Positions 12,992 to 24,422 of a stretch of 64,000 nt of DNA are shown in pieces. The DNA is taken from assembly GCA_002269645.1 (NCBI GenBank), contig NIVC01002152.1, positions 1-64,000 on the forward strand, given 5' to 3'. The stretch's first letter is position 1, and every line of letters starts with the position of its first letter. The DNA is from Macrostomum lignano. Taxonomy: Eukaryota. The position numbers were made by a program, and so were the translations under genes. The notes under the pieces are model-generated. The model made no database searches, was not told the origin of the DNA, and worked only from the letters and a program-made list of their open reading frames with translations.

Positions 12992-13197
12992 CCGCTGTAT
13001 GCGACGGCAGTCCTCCTCCTGATAGTGGCGTTGGCGCCCACCGCGACGGCCAAGCGCGAGACGAAGACCTACACAGTCAACACCGGTGACGGGCCGGTCA
13101 CGGTGACAGAGACTCACGTGTCCGAGACCTCTTCGTCCTCGTCTTCACCGTCCGAATACAGCAGCAGCTCGGAGGTGGTTGAGACCAGCGGCTGGAG
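12992..13197 (+). CDS. Orphan secreted protein exon 2 (signal peptide h-region plus acidic Ser/Thr-rich segment)
   Basis: tccctcag|ccg acceptor; PLYATAVLLLIVALAPTATA-KRETKT...SSSSSSPSEYSSSSEVVETSGW; ag|gtaaga donor. Confidence 0.85.
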
Positions 13198-13384
13198 GTA
13201 AGATCGGCCTATTAATTCTAGAAGGACGTTTTAATGTCAAATGCGAATTTCGCAAATAAAGTGCAAATTTCGTTGGAAGCCGGTTGCTGTTTGTCTCTTT
13301 AGTCTGGTTTTTCTCTACCGAATATGTCTATGGTCAAACCCCATTCGGCGCCTTTAAAATGCAACGGTATTTTCAGCGTTACTA

Positions 13385-13615
13385 TTTTTATTGCCTTAAT
13401 GGGCAGATGCCCGGCGCATCTCTGGAGGCTGCGTACGGCTGTTCAGTCCAAGGGTCGCCACACAGCCTCAATTACCCCAGCTAATGCTGGCACCCATTTT
13501 ACAGCTGGGTGAACTGAAGCAATGCAGAGTTAAATGTCTTGCTTGAGGACACAAATTGTTCTCAGTGGGTTGAGAATCGAACTCCTGACCTTTCAGTCGT
13601 GACAGTAATTTTAAT
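13385..13615 (-). mobile_element. tRNA-derived SINE with conserved central domain, in intron 2
   Basis: Minus strand has the B-box-like ggagttcgattc, then gtgtcctcaagcaagacatttaac and cacccagctgtaaaatgggtgcc, motifs typical of metazoan core-domain SINEs (recognised by eye). Confidence 0.55.
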
Positions 13616-13884
13616 TTTCCCTTAATAATTTTCCCTAATAGTTTTTTCTCAAATTTTTCTCGGATACAAAATAGTGCATCAAACTAATACGACAGAAATG
13701 CTTGCTCCAGTTTTAATTCGATAGTCCAGAAGGAGAAACATTGGGAGTTCAGTGCTAAAAAGCTGAAACTCCCCATCTTGCCAATGCATATTTTGTAGCG
13801 AACTCTGCCCTATTTGACATTGTAGCGTCCTTCGACTTGAGTTTTCTGTCTTTAAAAAACCCATCGATCATTGCCCCCCCCCAG

Positions 13885-14107
13885 CTCGAGCGCCAAGGAG
13901 CTGCTGAAGGATTCGAAGGTCAGCGACATGTCCGCTGGGGACCTAAGCGGCAGTCTGGTGCTGGCAATCGATAAAAACGCCATCTCCAAAGGTCTGAAAA
14001 AGTACATCATGGACGCTTTGAAGAAGCTACCGGTGAAGACCAAGAAGATTAAAATTGGCTTCGTGGAGTACACGGATCGTCCTTATACGATTGTGTCGCT
14101 GAAGCAG
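13885..14107 (+). CDS. Orphan secreted protein exon 3 (N-half of degenerate VWA-like domain)
   Basis: ccccag|c acceptor, phase 2; LVLAID...KIKIGFVEYTDRPYTIVSL resembles VWA strands A and B; cag|gtgagg donor. Confidence 0.8.
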
Positions 14108-14127
14108 GTGAGGACGGCTGAGATCCC

Positions 14128-14385
14128 GGCACCTGACCCTGACACCCACCCTGAACCTGGCACCTGACCCTGACAACCATTCTGAACCCGGTACCTGACC
14201 CTGACACCCACCCTGAACCTGGCACCTGACCCTGACACCCACCCTGAACCTGGCACCTGACCCTGACACCCACCCTGAACCTGGCACCTGACCCTGACAC
14301 CCACCCTGAACCTGGCACCTGACCCTGACACCCTACTCCAAACCCGGTACCTGACCCTGACATCCTACTCCGAACCCGGTACTGG
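14128..14385. repeat. 31/32-bp C-rich minisatellite (cctgaccctgacacccaccctgaacctggca) in intron 3
   Basis: About 8 copies; reverse complement of the array at 14827-15219. Confidence 0.92.
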
Positions 14386-14555
14386 ACCCAAAAACTTACA
14401 TGAACTCTAACACACAGAAACCAATTAATCAGCATCAAATTCATGAATAGTGAGGTTTATAGACAGTCTTATAAGCTGTCCGGCAGCCCGATGTACTGCA
14501 TGCAGCTTGTACACCGCTGGCTAAGTGAAGCTCACTGATTCAAATCGCTCTCCAG

Positions 14556-14821
14556 GGCTGGTCGCTTGACCGGATCTTGGCCAGGCTCCAAATCGAGCTA
14601 TCCAAGAGTCGCCACGCCAAGCGGAGCGGCAAAGTTTACGATTACGTCGGCATCCAGGCGGCCTACAACGAGTTGCAAAAGTTCGGCAAGTCCTCCGGAC
14701 CGAGGATTGTCATGCTGCTGAGCTCCGGGCGGGACGCCAACACGGCCAAGACAGAGAAGTGGCGGCACAAACTCATGAAAGAGTGGATCAGCCTTTCCGA
14801 GATTGTTGTGGACTCGTCTTC
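14556..14821 (+). CDS. Orphan secreted protein exon 4 (C-half of VWA-like domain)
   Basis: ctctccag|ggc acceptor, phase 0; GIQAAYNELQKFG...PRIVMLLSSGRD resembles VWA ALxxA...PKVVVLLTDG; tc|gtgagt donor. Confidence 0.8.
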
Positions 14822-14826
14822 GTGAG

Positions 14827-15219
14827 TACCGGGTTCGGGGTAGGGTGTCAGGGTCAGGTACCGGGTTCGGGGTAGGGTGGCAGGGTCAGGCACCGGGTTC
14901 GGGGTAGGGTGGCAGGGTCAGGTACCGGGTTCGGGGTAGGGTGGCAGGGTCAGGTACCGGGTTCGGGGTAGGGTGGCAGGGTCAGGTACCGGGTTTGGAG
15001 TAGGGTGTCAGGGTCAGGTACCGGGTTCAGAATGGGTGTCGGTCAGGTACCGGGTTCGGGGTAGGGTGGCAGGGTCAGCTACCGGGTTCGGGGTAGGGTG
15101 GCAGGGTCAGCTACCGGGTTCGGGGTAGGGTGGCAGGGTCAGCTACCGGGTTCGGGGTAGGGTGGCAGGGTCAGCTACCGGGTTCGGGGTAGGGTGGCAG
15201 GGTCAGCTACCGGGTTCGG
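14827..15219. repeat. 32-bp G-rich minisatellite (taccgggttcggggtagggtggcagggtcagg) in intron 4
   Basis: About 12 copies, starting within the donor hexamer. Confidence 0.92.
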
Positions 15220-15620
15220 ATTTTCGCTGTGTTCGAGCAAACATGAAATGAAACGTTTCCCTGAATTTTGTTTCTACAAACGGTAATTTTTAAACTGGTA
15301 GTGATCGATGACGTCAGGTTATTCAACTATTCCTTCAGACAGAATGTAGATTTTTTCTGCACTAAAATTTCTGAGTATTTCCTATTTACCAAAATCGATT
15401 TTTTCTTGGCTTATCGGAAATCAAAGGGATGATGTAAAATTTTATTAAAAATTCCGAATTTAAAATTCCAATTCCAACCTTATGCGCATGAGGGGGGCTG
15501 TGGGCACCGCAGTCAAGGTCAATTCTAAAGGGTGCCTGCTATCACGCTAAGCACACGCTCTCAAAGGCTGCACACAAGGACTGCTTAAGCACAATTCCAA
15601 TTCCCCTATCCGAGATCCAG

Positions 15621-15748
15621 ATTACTGTGGCCGCACATTGAAACCTTTTTTAGGGGCATCTTCAACGTGAAAGAAGGCGGCAAGGAGACATCCACGGACA
15701 AAACCTTGGAGCACACGACATTCCTGACTACCCTGCTTAAGTCGTACA
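15621..15748 (+). CDS. Orphan secreted protein exon 5 (LLWPHIETFFRGIFNVKE...LLKSY)
   Basis: gatccag|a acceptor (phase 2) and a|gtaagg donor (phase 1) reconcile the phases of exon 4 and exon 6 with no stop. Confidence 0.75.
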
Positions 15749-15831
15749 GTAAGGATATAAGCATTTATTTGCTGTTCAATAATGCCTAGATGTGCTGTCA
15801 GCAAATAAAAATCCAATATTGATCTCTTTAG

Positions 15832-18800
15832 GCCACTCAACTATCCAGTACTACAAGAAGATCTATGGCGAAGCGTGGGAGTTCTACATAGTCCTCAAGC
15901 ACTACAAGACTCTTTACCCCGGCAGCTGGCAGACGCATTTGAAGACCTGGTTTACCAATAAATATGGCGACTCTACCAAGTTCGAGACCTACTTGCACCG
16001 GACCGAGAGCAAGACTGGCTCCCCGGTTTCTCCGGAAGACAGAATGCGAGCTACTTTCAAGAAGAAGTACGGCTCAGCTTGGGAGAAGCACTTCCTAATT
16101 TGGAAGTACAAGAAGCTCTACGGTTTGAAGTGGAAAATCCACTACGAGCAGCATTTGATGAAGAAGAAGTACGGCAAGGACTGGTTCTCGGAATGGGAGA
16201 AGTTGCGATTTAAGAAGAAATACGGGAAGAAGTGGGAGCCCCACTATGTGAAGTGGTATTTCAGGAAATACCGAGGGGCCACCTGGATTTACAGCTGGAA
16301 GAAGTGGCAGTTTAGACAAAAGCACAAAGAGGGCAGCAAGGCGTACGTTGACGAGTTCATGAGATGGTACTTCAAGTACACTAAAAAGGGTGACAAAGCG
16401 CTTGAGGCGTGGAAATCCGCTACCAAAGACCTGTCTGAGGACGAAGGCGAGAAGAAGTTCCGCTGGTTTTACTACAATTTAGTATTCCAGAAAAAGCAGG
16501 CACTGATCAAATACACCAAGTGGTTCTACAGGAAGCGGTTCGGCAAAAAGTTCCTACCAAAGTACAAGTTGTGGCTGAACAGGTTCAATACAAACAAGCA
16601 CTGGATGAAATATTACAAACTGATGGAAACGCAACTAGCCTACACTACTACCAGTTCTGTGACTGTTCATGTACACAGCATTCGCTGGTTTAAAAAGAAG
16701 TTCGGTTCCAAGTGGAGAACGCACTACGAGAAATATCAAATGAAGAAAAAATACGGCAAAAACTGGTTCTCCGAGTGGGAGAAGTTGCCATTCAAGAAAA
16801 AGTACGGCAAGAAATGGGAGCCGCACTATGTAAAGTGGTATTTTAAAAAATACCGACCTACGACTTGGATTTACAGCTGGATGAAATGGAAGATCAAGCA
16901 AAAGCATAAGGAAGGAAGCCAGGCCTATGTTAATGAGTTTATGCGATGGTACTTCCGGTACAAAAAGGCAGGAGGCAGTGCTTTTTCAGAGTGGAAAGCT
17001 TTAAACAAGGATCTGTCGGCTGACAAGAAGGAAATGATGTTCCGCTGGTTTTACTATAACCTAGTCTTCAAAAAAAAGAAAGCTCTGATAAAGTACACGA
17101 AATGGCACTACAGAAAAATATACGGAAAAACGTTTCTAACGAAGTTCAAGGAATGGGGAAAAAAAATCAACTCTGGTAAAGCCTGGATTCGGTTATACCA
17201 AAAAACTAACCATCAACTCCAATACCAGGTCGAGTGCGGGAGGGGAAAACCACATGTTAAAACTGCAACCTGGTACAAGAGACACTACGGTCGCAAGTGG
17301 CGCTGGTACTACACCCGAGTGGTCTACCGTCGACGCTACGGTCGCAAGTGGCGCGTGCACTTTAGGAAGTGGCTGAAGAGAGTGTGGAAGAAGCCGTCAC
17401 CGAAGCGTCGCGTCCTGCGCAAGGTCACCTGGTACAAGAGACACTACGGTCGCAAGTGGCGCTGGTACTACACCCGAGTGGTCTACCGTCGACGCTACGG
17501 TCGCAAGTGGCGCGTGCACTTTAGGAAGTGGCTGAAGAGAGTGTGGAAGAAGCCGTCACCGAAGCGTCGCGTCCTGCACAAGGTCACCTGGTACAAGAGA
17601 CACTACGGTCGCAAGTGGCGCTGGTACTACACCCGAGTGGTCTACCGTCGACGCTACGGTCGCAAGTGGCGCGTGCACTTTAGGAAGTGGCTGAAGAGAG
17701 TGTGGAAGAAGCCGTCACCGAAGCGTCGCGTCCTGCACAAGGTCACCTGGTACAAGAGACACTACGGTCGCAAGTGGCGCTGGTACTACACCCGAGTGGT
17801 CTACCGTCGACGCTACGGTCGCAAGTGGCGCGTGCACTTTAGGAAGTGGCTGAAGAGAGTGTGGAAGAAGCCGTCACCGAAGCGTCGCGTCCTGCACAAG
17901 GTCACCTGGTACAAGAGACACTACGGTCGCAAGTGGCGCTGGTACTACACCCGAGTGGTCTACCGTCGACGCTACGGTCGCAAGTGGCGCGTGCACTTTA
18001 GGAAGTGGCTGAAGAGAGTGTGGAAGAAGCCGTCACCGAAGCGTCGCGTCCTGCACAAGGTCACCTGGTACAAGAGACACTACGGTCGCAAGTGGCGCTG
18101 GTACTACACCCGAGTGGTCTACCGTCGACGCTACGGTCGCAAGTGGCGCGTGCACTTTAGGAAGTGGCTGAAGAGAGTGTGGAAGAAGCCGTCACCGAAG
18201 CGTCGCGTCCTGCACAAGGTCACCTGGTACAAGAGACACTACGGTCGCAAGTGGCGCTGGTACTACACCCGAGTGGTCTACCGTCGACGCTACGGTCGCA
18301 AGTGGCGCGTGCACTTTAGGAAGTGGCTGAAGAGAGTGTGGAAGAAGCCGTCACCGAAGCGTCGCGTCCTGCACAAGGTCACCTGGTACAAGAGACACTA
18401 CGGTCGCAAGTGGCGCTGGTACTACACCCGAGTGGTCTACCGTCGACGCTACGGTCGCAAGTGGCGCGTGCACTTTAGGAAGTGGCTGAAGAGAGTGTGG
18501 AAGAAGCCGTCACCGAAGCGTCGCGTCCTGCACAAGGTCACCTGGTACAAGAGACACTACGGTCGCAAGTGGCGCTGGTACTACACCCGAGTGGTCTACC
18601 GTCGACGCTACGGTCGCAAGTGGCGCGTGCACTTTAGGAAGTGGCTGAAGAGAGTGTGGAAGAAGCCGTCACCGAAGCGTCGCGTCCTGCACAAGGTCAC
18701 CTGGTACAAGAGACACTACGGTCGCAAGTGGCGCTGGTACTACACCCGAGTGGTCTACCGTCGACGCTACGGTCGCAAGTGGCGCGTGCACTTTAGGAAG

Positions 18801-21800
18801 TGGCTGAAGAGAGTGTGGAAGAAGCCGTCACCGAAGCGTCGCGTCCTGCACAAGGTCACCTGGTACAAGAGACACTACGGTCGCAAGTGGCGCTGGTACT
18901 ACACCCGAGTGGTCTACCGTCGACGCTACGGTCGCAAGTGGCGCGTGCACTTTAGGAAGTGGCTGAAGAGAGTGTGGAAGAAGCCGTCACCGAAGCGTCG
19001 CGTCCTGCACAAGGTCACCTGGTACAAGAGACACTACGGTCGCAAGTGGCGCTGGTACTACACCCGAGTGGTCTACCGTCGACGCTACGGTCGCAAGTGG
19101 CGCGTGCACTTTAGGAAGTGGCTGAAGAGAGTGTGGAAGAAGCCGTCACCGAAGCGTCGCGTCCTGCACAAGGTCACCTGGTACAAGAGACACTACGGTC
19201 GCAAGTGGCGCTGGTACTACACCCGAGTGGTCTACCGTCGACGCTACGGTCGCAAGTGGCGCGTGCACTTTAGGAAGTGGCTGAAGAGAGTGTGGAAGAA
19301 GCCGTCACCGAAGCGTCGCGTCCTGCACAAGGTCACCTGGTACAAGAGACACTACGGTCGCAAGTGGCGCTGGTACTACACCCGAGTGGTCTACCGTCGA
19401 CGCTACGGTCGCAAGTGGCGCGTGCACTTTAGGAAGTGGCTGAAGAGAGTGTGGAAGAAGCCGTCACCGAAGCGTCGCGTCCTGCACAAGGTCACCTGGT
19501 ACAAGAGACACTACGGTCGCAAGTGGCGCTGGTACTACACCCGAGTGGTCTACCGTCGACGCTACGGTCGCAAGTGGCGCGTGCACTTTAGGAAGTGGCT
19601 GAAGAGAGTGTGGAAGAAGCCGTCACCGAAGCGTCGCGTCCTGCACAAGGTCACCTGGTACAAGAGACACTACGGTCGCAAGTGGCGCTGGTACTACACC
19701 CGAGTGGTCTACCGTCGACGCTACGGTCGCAAGTGGCGCGTGCACTTTAGGAAGTGGCTGAAGAGAGTGTGGAAGAAGCCGTCACCGAAGCGTCGCGTCC
19801 TGCACAAGGTCACCTGGTACAAGAGACACTACGGTCGCAAGTGGCGCTGGTACTACACCCGAGTGGTCTACCGTCGACGCTACGGTCGCAAGTGGCGCGT
19901 GCACTTTAGGAAGTGGCTGAAGAGAGTGTGGAAGAAGCCGTCACCGAAGCGTCGCGTCCTGCACAAGGTCACCTGGTACAAGAGACACTACGGTCGCAAG
20001 TGGCGCTGGTACTACACCCGAGTGGTCTACCGTCGACGCTACGGTCGCAAGTGGCGCGTGCACTTTAGGAAGTGGCTGAAGAGAGTGTGGAAGAAGCCGT
20101 CACCGAAGCGTCGCGTCCTGCACAAGGTCACCTGGTACAAGAGACACTACGGTCGCAAGTGGCGCTGGTACTACACCCGAGTGGTCTACCGTCGACGCTA
20201 CGGTCGCAAGTGGCGCGTGCACTTTAGGAAGTGGCTGAAGAGAGTGTGGAAGAAGCCGTCACCGAAGCGTCGCGTCCTGCACAAGGTCACCTGGTACAAG
20301 AGACACTACGGTCGCAAGTGGCGCTGGTACTACACCCGAGTGGTCTACCGTCGACGCTACGGTCGCAAGTGGCGCGTGCACTTTAGGAAGTGGCTGAAGA
20401 GAGTGTGGAAGAAGCCGTCACCGAAGCGTCGCGTCCTGCACAAGGTCACCTGGTACAAGAGACACTACGGTCGCAAGTGGCGCTGGTACTACACCCGAGT
20501 GGTCTACCGTCGACGCTACGGTCGCAAGTGGCGCGTGCACTTTAGGAAGTGGCTGAAGAGAGTGTGGAAGAAGCCGTCACCGAAGCGTCGCGTCCTGCAC
20601 AAGGTCACCTGGTACAAGAGACACTACGGTCGCAAGTGGCGCTGGTACTACACCCGAGTGGTCTACCGTCGACGCTACGGTCGCAAGTGGCGCGTGCACT
20701 TTAGGAAGTGGCTGAAGAGAGTGTGGAAGAAGCCGTCACCGAAGCGTCGCGTCCTGCACAAGGTCACCTGGTACAAGAGACACTACGGTCGCAAGTGGCG
20801 CTGGTACTACACCCGAGTGGTCTACCGTCGACGCTACGGTCGCAAGTGGCGCGTGCACTTTAGGAAGTGGCTGAAGAGAGTGTGGAAGAAGCCGTCACCG
20901 AAGCGTCGCGTCCTGCACAAGGTCACCTGGTACAAGAGACACTACGGTCGCAAGTGGCGCTGGTACTACACCCGAGTGGTCTACCGTCGACGCTACGGTC
21001 GCAAGTGGCGCGTGCACTTTAGGAAGTGGCTGAAGAGAGTGTGGAAGAAGCCGTCACCGAAGCGTCGCGTCCTGCACAAGGTCACCTGGTACAAGAGACA
21101 CTACGGTCGCAAGTGGCGCTGGTACTACACCCGAGTGGTCTACCGTCGACGCTACGGTCGCAAGTGGCGCGTGCACTTTAGGAAGTGGCTGAAGAGAGTG
21201 TGGAAGAAGCCGTCACCGAAGCGTCGCGTCCTGCACAAGGTCACCTGGTACAAGAGACACTACGGTCGCAAGTGGCGCTGGTACTACACCCGAGTGGTCT
21301 ACCGTCGACGCTACGGTCGCAAGTGGCGCGTGCACTTTAGGAAGTGGCTGAAGAGAGTGTGGAAGAAGCCGTCACCGAAGCGTCGCGTCCTGCACAAGGT
21401 CACCTGGTACAAGAGACACTACGGTCGCAAGTGGCGCTGGTACTACACCCGAGTGGTCTACCGTCGACGCTACGGTCGCAAGTGGCGCGTGCACTTTAGG
21501 AAGTGGCTGAAGAGAGTGTGGAAGAAGCCGTCACCGAAGCGTCGCGTCCTGCACAAGGTCACCTGGTACAAGAGACACTACGGTCGCAAGTGGCGCTGGT
21601 ACTACACCCGAGTGGTCTACCGTCGACGCTACGGTCGCAAGTGGCGCGTGCACTTTAGGAAGTGGCTGAAGAGAGTGTGGAAGAAGCCGTCACCGAAGCG
21701 TCGCGTCCTGCACAAGGTCACCTGGTACAAGAGACACTACGGTCGCAAGTGGCGCTGGTACTACACCCGAGTGGTCTACCGTCGACGCTACGGTCGCAAG

Positions 21801-24422
21801 TGGCGCGTGCACTTTAGGAAGTGGCTGAAGAGAGTGTGGAAGAAGCCGTCACCGAAGCGTCGCGTCCTGCACAAGGTCACCTGGTACAAGAGACACTACG
21901 GTCGCAAGTGGCGCTGGTACTACACCCGAGTGGTCTACCGTCGACGCTACGGTCGCAAGTGGCGCGTGCACTTTAGGAAGTGGCTGAAGAGAGTGTGGAA
22001 GAAGCCGTCACCGAAGCGTCGCGTCCTGCACAAGGTCACCTGGTACAAGAGACACTACGGTCGCAAGTGGCGCTGGTACTACACCCGAGTGGTCTACCGT
22101 CGACGCTACGGTCGCAAGTGGCGCGTGCACTTTAGGAAGTGGCTGAAGAGAGTGTGGAAGAAGCCGTCACCGAAGCGTCGCGTCCTGCACAAGGTCACCT
22201 GGTACAAGAGACACTACGGTCGCAAGTGGCGCTGGTACTACACCCGAGTGGTCTACCGTCGACGCTACGGTCGCAAGTGGCGCGTGCACTTTAGGAAGTG
22301 GCTGAAGAGAGTGTGGAAGAAGCCGTCACCGAAGCGTCGCGTCCTGCACAAGGTCACCTGGTACAAGAGACACTACGGTCGCAAGTGGCGCTGGTACTAC
22401 ACCCGAGTGGTCTACCGTCGACGCTACGGTCGCAAGTGGCGCGTGCACTTTAGGAAGTGGCTGAAGAGAGTGTGGAAGAAGCCGTCACCGAAGCGTCGCG
22501 TCCTGCACAAGGTCACCTGGTACAAGAGACACTACGGTCGCAAGTGGCGCTGGTACTACACCCGAGTGGTCTACCGTCGACGCTACGGTCGCAAGTGGCG
22601 CGTGCACTTTAGGAAGTGGCTGAAGAGAGTGTGGAAGAAGCCGTCACCGAAGCGTCGCGTCCTGCACAAGGTCACCTGGTACAAGAGACACTACGGTCGC
22701 AAGTGGCGCTGGTACTACACCCGAGTGGTCTACCGTCGACGCTACGGTCGCAAGTGGCGCGTGCACTTTAGGAAGTGGCTGAAGAGAGTGTGGAAGAAGC
22801 CGTCACCGAAGCGTCGCGTCCTGCACAAGGTCACCTGGTACAAGAGACACTACGGTCGCAAGTGGCGCTGGTACTACACCCGAGTGGTCTACCGTCGACG
22901 CTACGGTCGCAAGTGGCGCGTGCACTTTAGGAAGTGGCTGAAGAGAGTGTGGAAGAAGCCGTCACCGAAGCGTCGCGTCCTGCACAAGGTCACCTGGTAC
23001 AAGAGACACTACGGTCGCAAGTGGCGCTGGTACTACACCCGAGTGGTCTACCGTCGACGCTACGGTCGCAAGTGGCGCGTGCACTTTAGGAAGTGGCTGA
23101 AGAGAGTGTGGAAGAAGCCGTCACCGAAGCGTCGCGTCCTGCACAAGGTCACCTGGTACAAGAGACACTACGGTCGCAAGTGGCGCTGGTACTACACCCG
23201 AGTGGTCTACCGTCGACGCTACGGTCGCAAGTGGCGCGTGCACTTTAGGAAGTGGCTGAAGAGAGTGTGGAAGAAGCCGTCACCGAAGCGTCGCGTCCTG
23301 CACAAGGTCACCTGGTACAAGAGACACTACGGTCGCAAGTGGCGCTGGTACTACACCCGAGTGGTCTACCGTCGACGCTACGGTCGCAAGTGGCGCGTGC
23401 ACTTTAGGAAGTGGCTGAAGAGAGTGTGGAAGAAGCCGTCACCGAAGCGTCGCGTCCTGCACAAGGTCACCTGGTACAAGAGACACTACGGTCGCAAGTG
23501 GCGCTGGTACTACACCCGAGTGGTCTACCGTCGACGCTACGGTCGCAAGTGGCGCGTGCACTTTAGGAAGTGGCTGAAGAGAGTGTGGAAGAAGCCGTCA
23601 CCGAAGCGTCGCGTCCTGCACAAGGTTGGTTGGTTCAAGCGACGTTATGGAACAAACTGGCGTTGGTACTACACTCGAGTTGTTTATCAGCATCGATTTG
23701 GTCGGAAGTGGAGGGTGCATTTTAAACTATGGGAAAAGCACACGTGGAAGCGTCCGGCTCCAAAACGTCCGCACGTTATAGTGCACACTTTGAGATGGTT
23801 TAAAAAGCATTATCCTAAGAATTGGAGGTGGTATTACACTCGGCTGGTTTATCATCGAAAATTTGGAATTAAATGGAGATCTCACTTTCGAAGGTGGGTG
23901 AAAACGGTCTGGAAGAAGCCGTCGCCGAAGCGTCGCGTCCTGCACAAGGTCACCTGGTACAAGAGACACTACGGTCGCAAGTGGCGCTGGTACTACACCC
24001 GAGTGGTCTACCGTCGACGCTACGGTCGCAAGTGGCGCGTGCACTTTAGGAAATGGCTGAAACGCGTTTGGAAGAAGCCGAGCCCAAAGAATGTGCGCAA
24101 GGTCACGTGGTTCAATCGCCGATCTGGGCGGCATGCTTGGCGTTTGCACGTAAAGCGCACGAAGCATCGTTTAAGGAAGTACAGCATCGCATGGTTTAAG
24201 CACCGATACGGGTCCAACTGGAAGTGGTTCTACGTCAAGCGAAAATATCGTCGGCGCTATGGTTCTAGTTGGCGCGTACACTTCAAGAAGTGGCGAAAGA
24301 CCGTCTGGAAGAGGCCGGCGCCGAAGAGTGTGCGCAAGGTGACGTGGTTCAATCGCCGAGCTGGGCGGCATGCTTGGCGTTTGCGCGTAAAGCGCACCAA
24401 GCATCGTGTGAAGAAGCACTAA
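15832..24422 (+). CDS. Orphan secreted protein exon 6: ~2860-aa K/R/W/Y-rich repeat region
   Basis: ctctttag|gc acceptor; 8.6-kb open frame; non-repetitive DNA at both ends encodes the same motif with different codons; TAA at 24420-24422. Joined CDS 21+206+223+266+128+8591 = 9435 nt = 3144 aa. Confidence 0.9.
17271..23630 (+). repeat. Coding tandem repeat, 159 bp (53 aa) x40
   Basis: 6360 bp / 159 = 40; only the first copy visibly differs (cgc vs cac). Confidence 0.97.

Noticed and set aside
15792-15831. ORF-track GTG start of the 2876-aa protein
   Set aside because: Lies in an 83-nt intron (15749-15831); the true start is most likely ATG 12389
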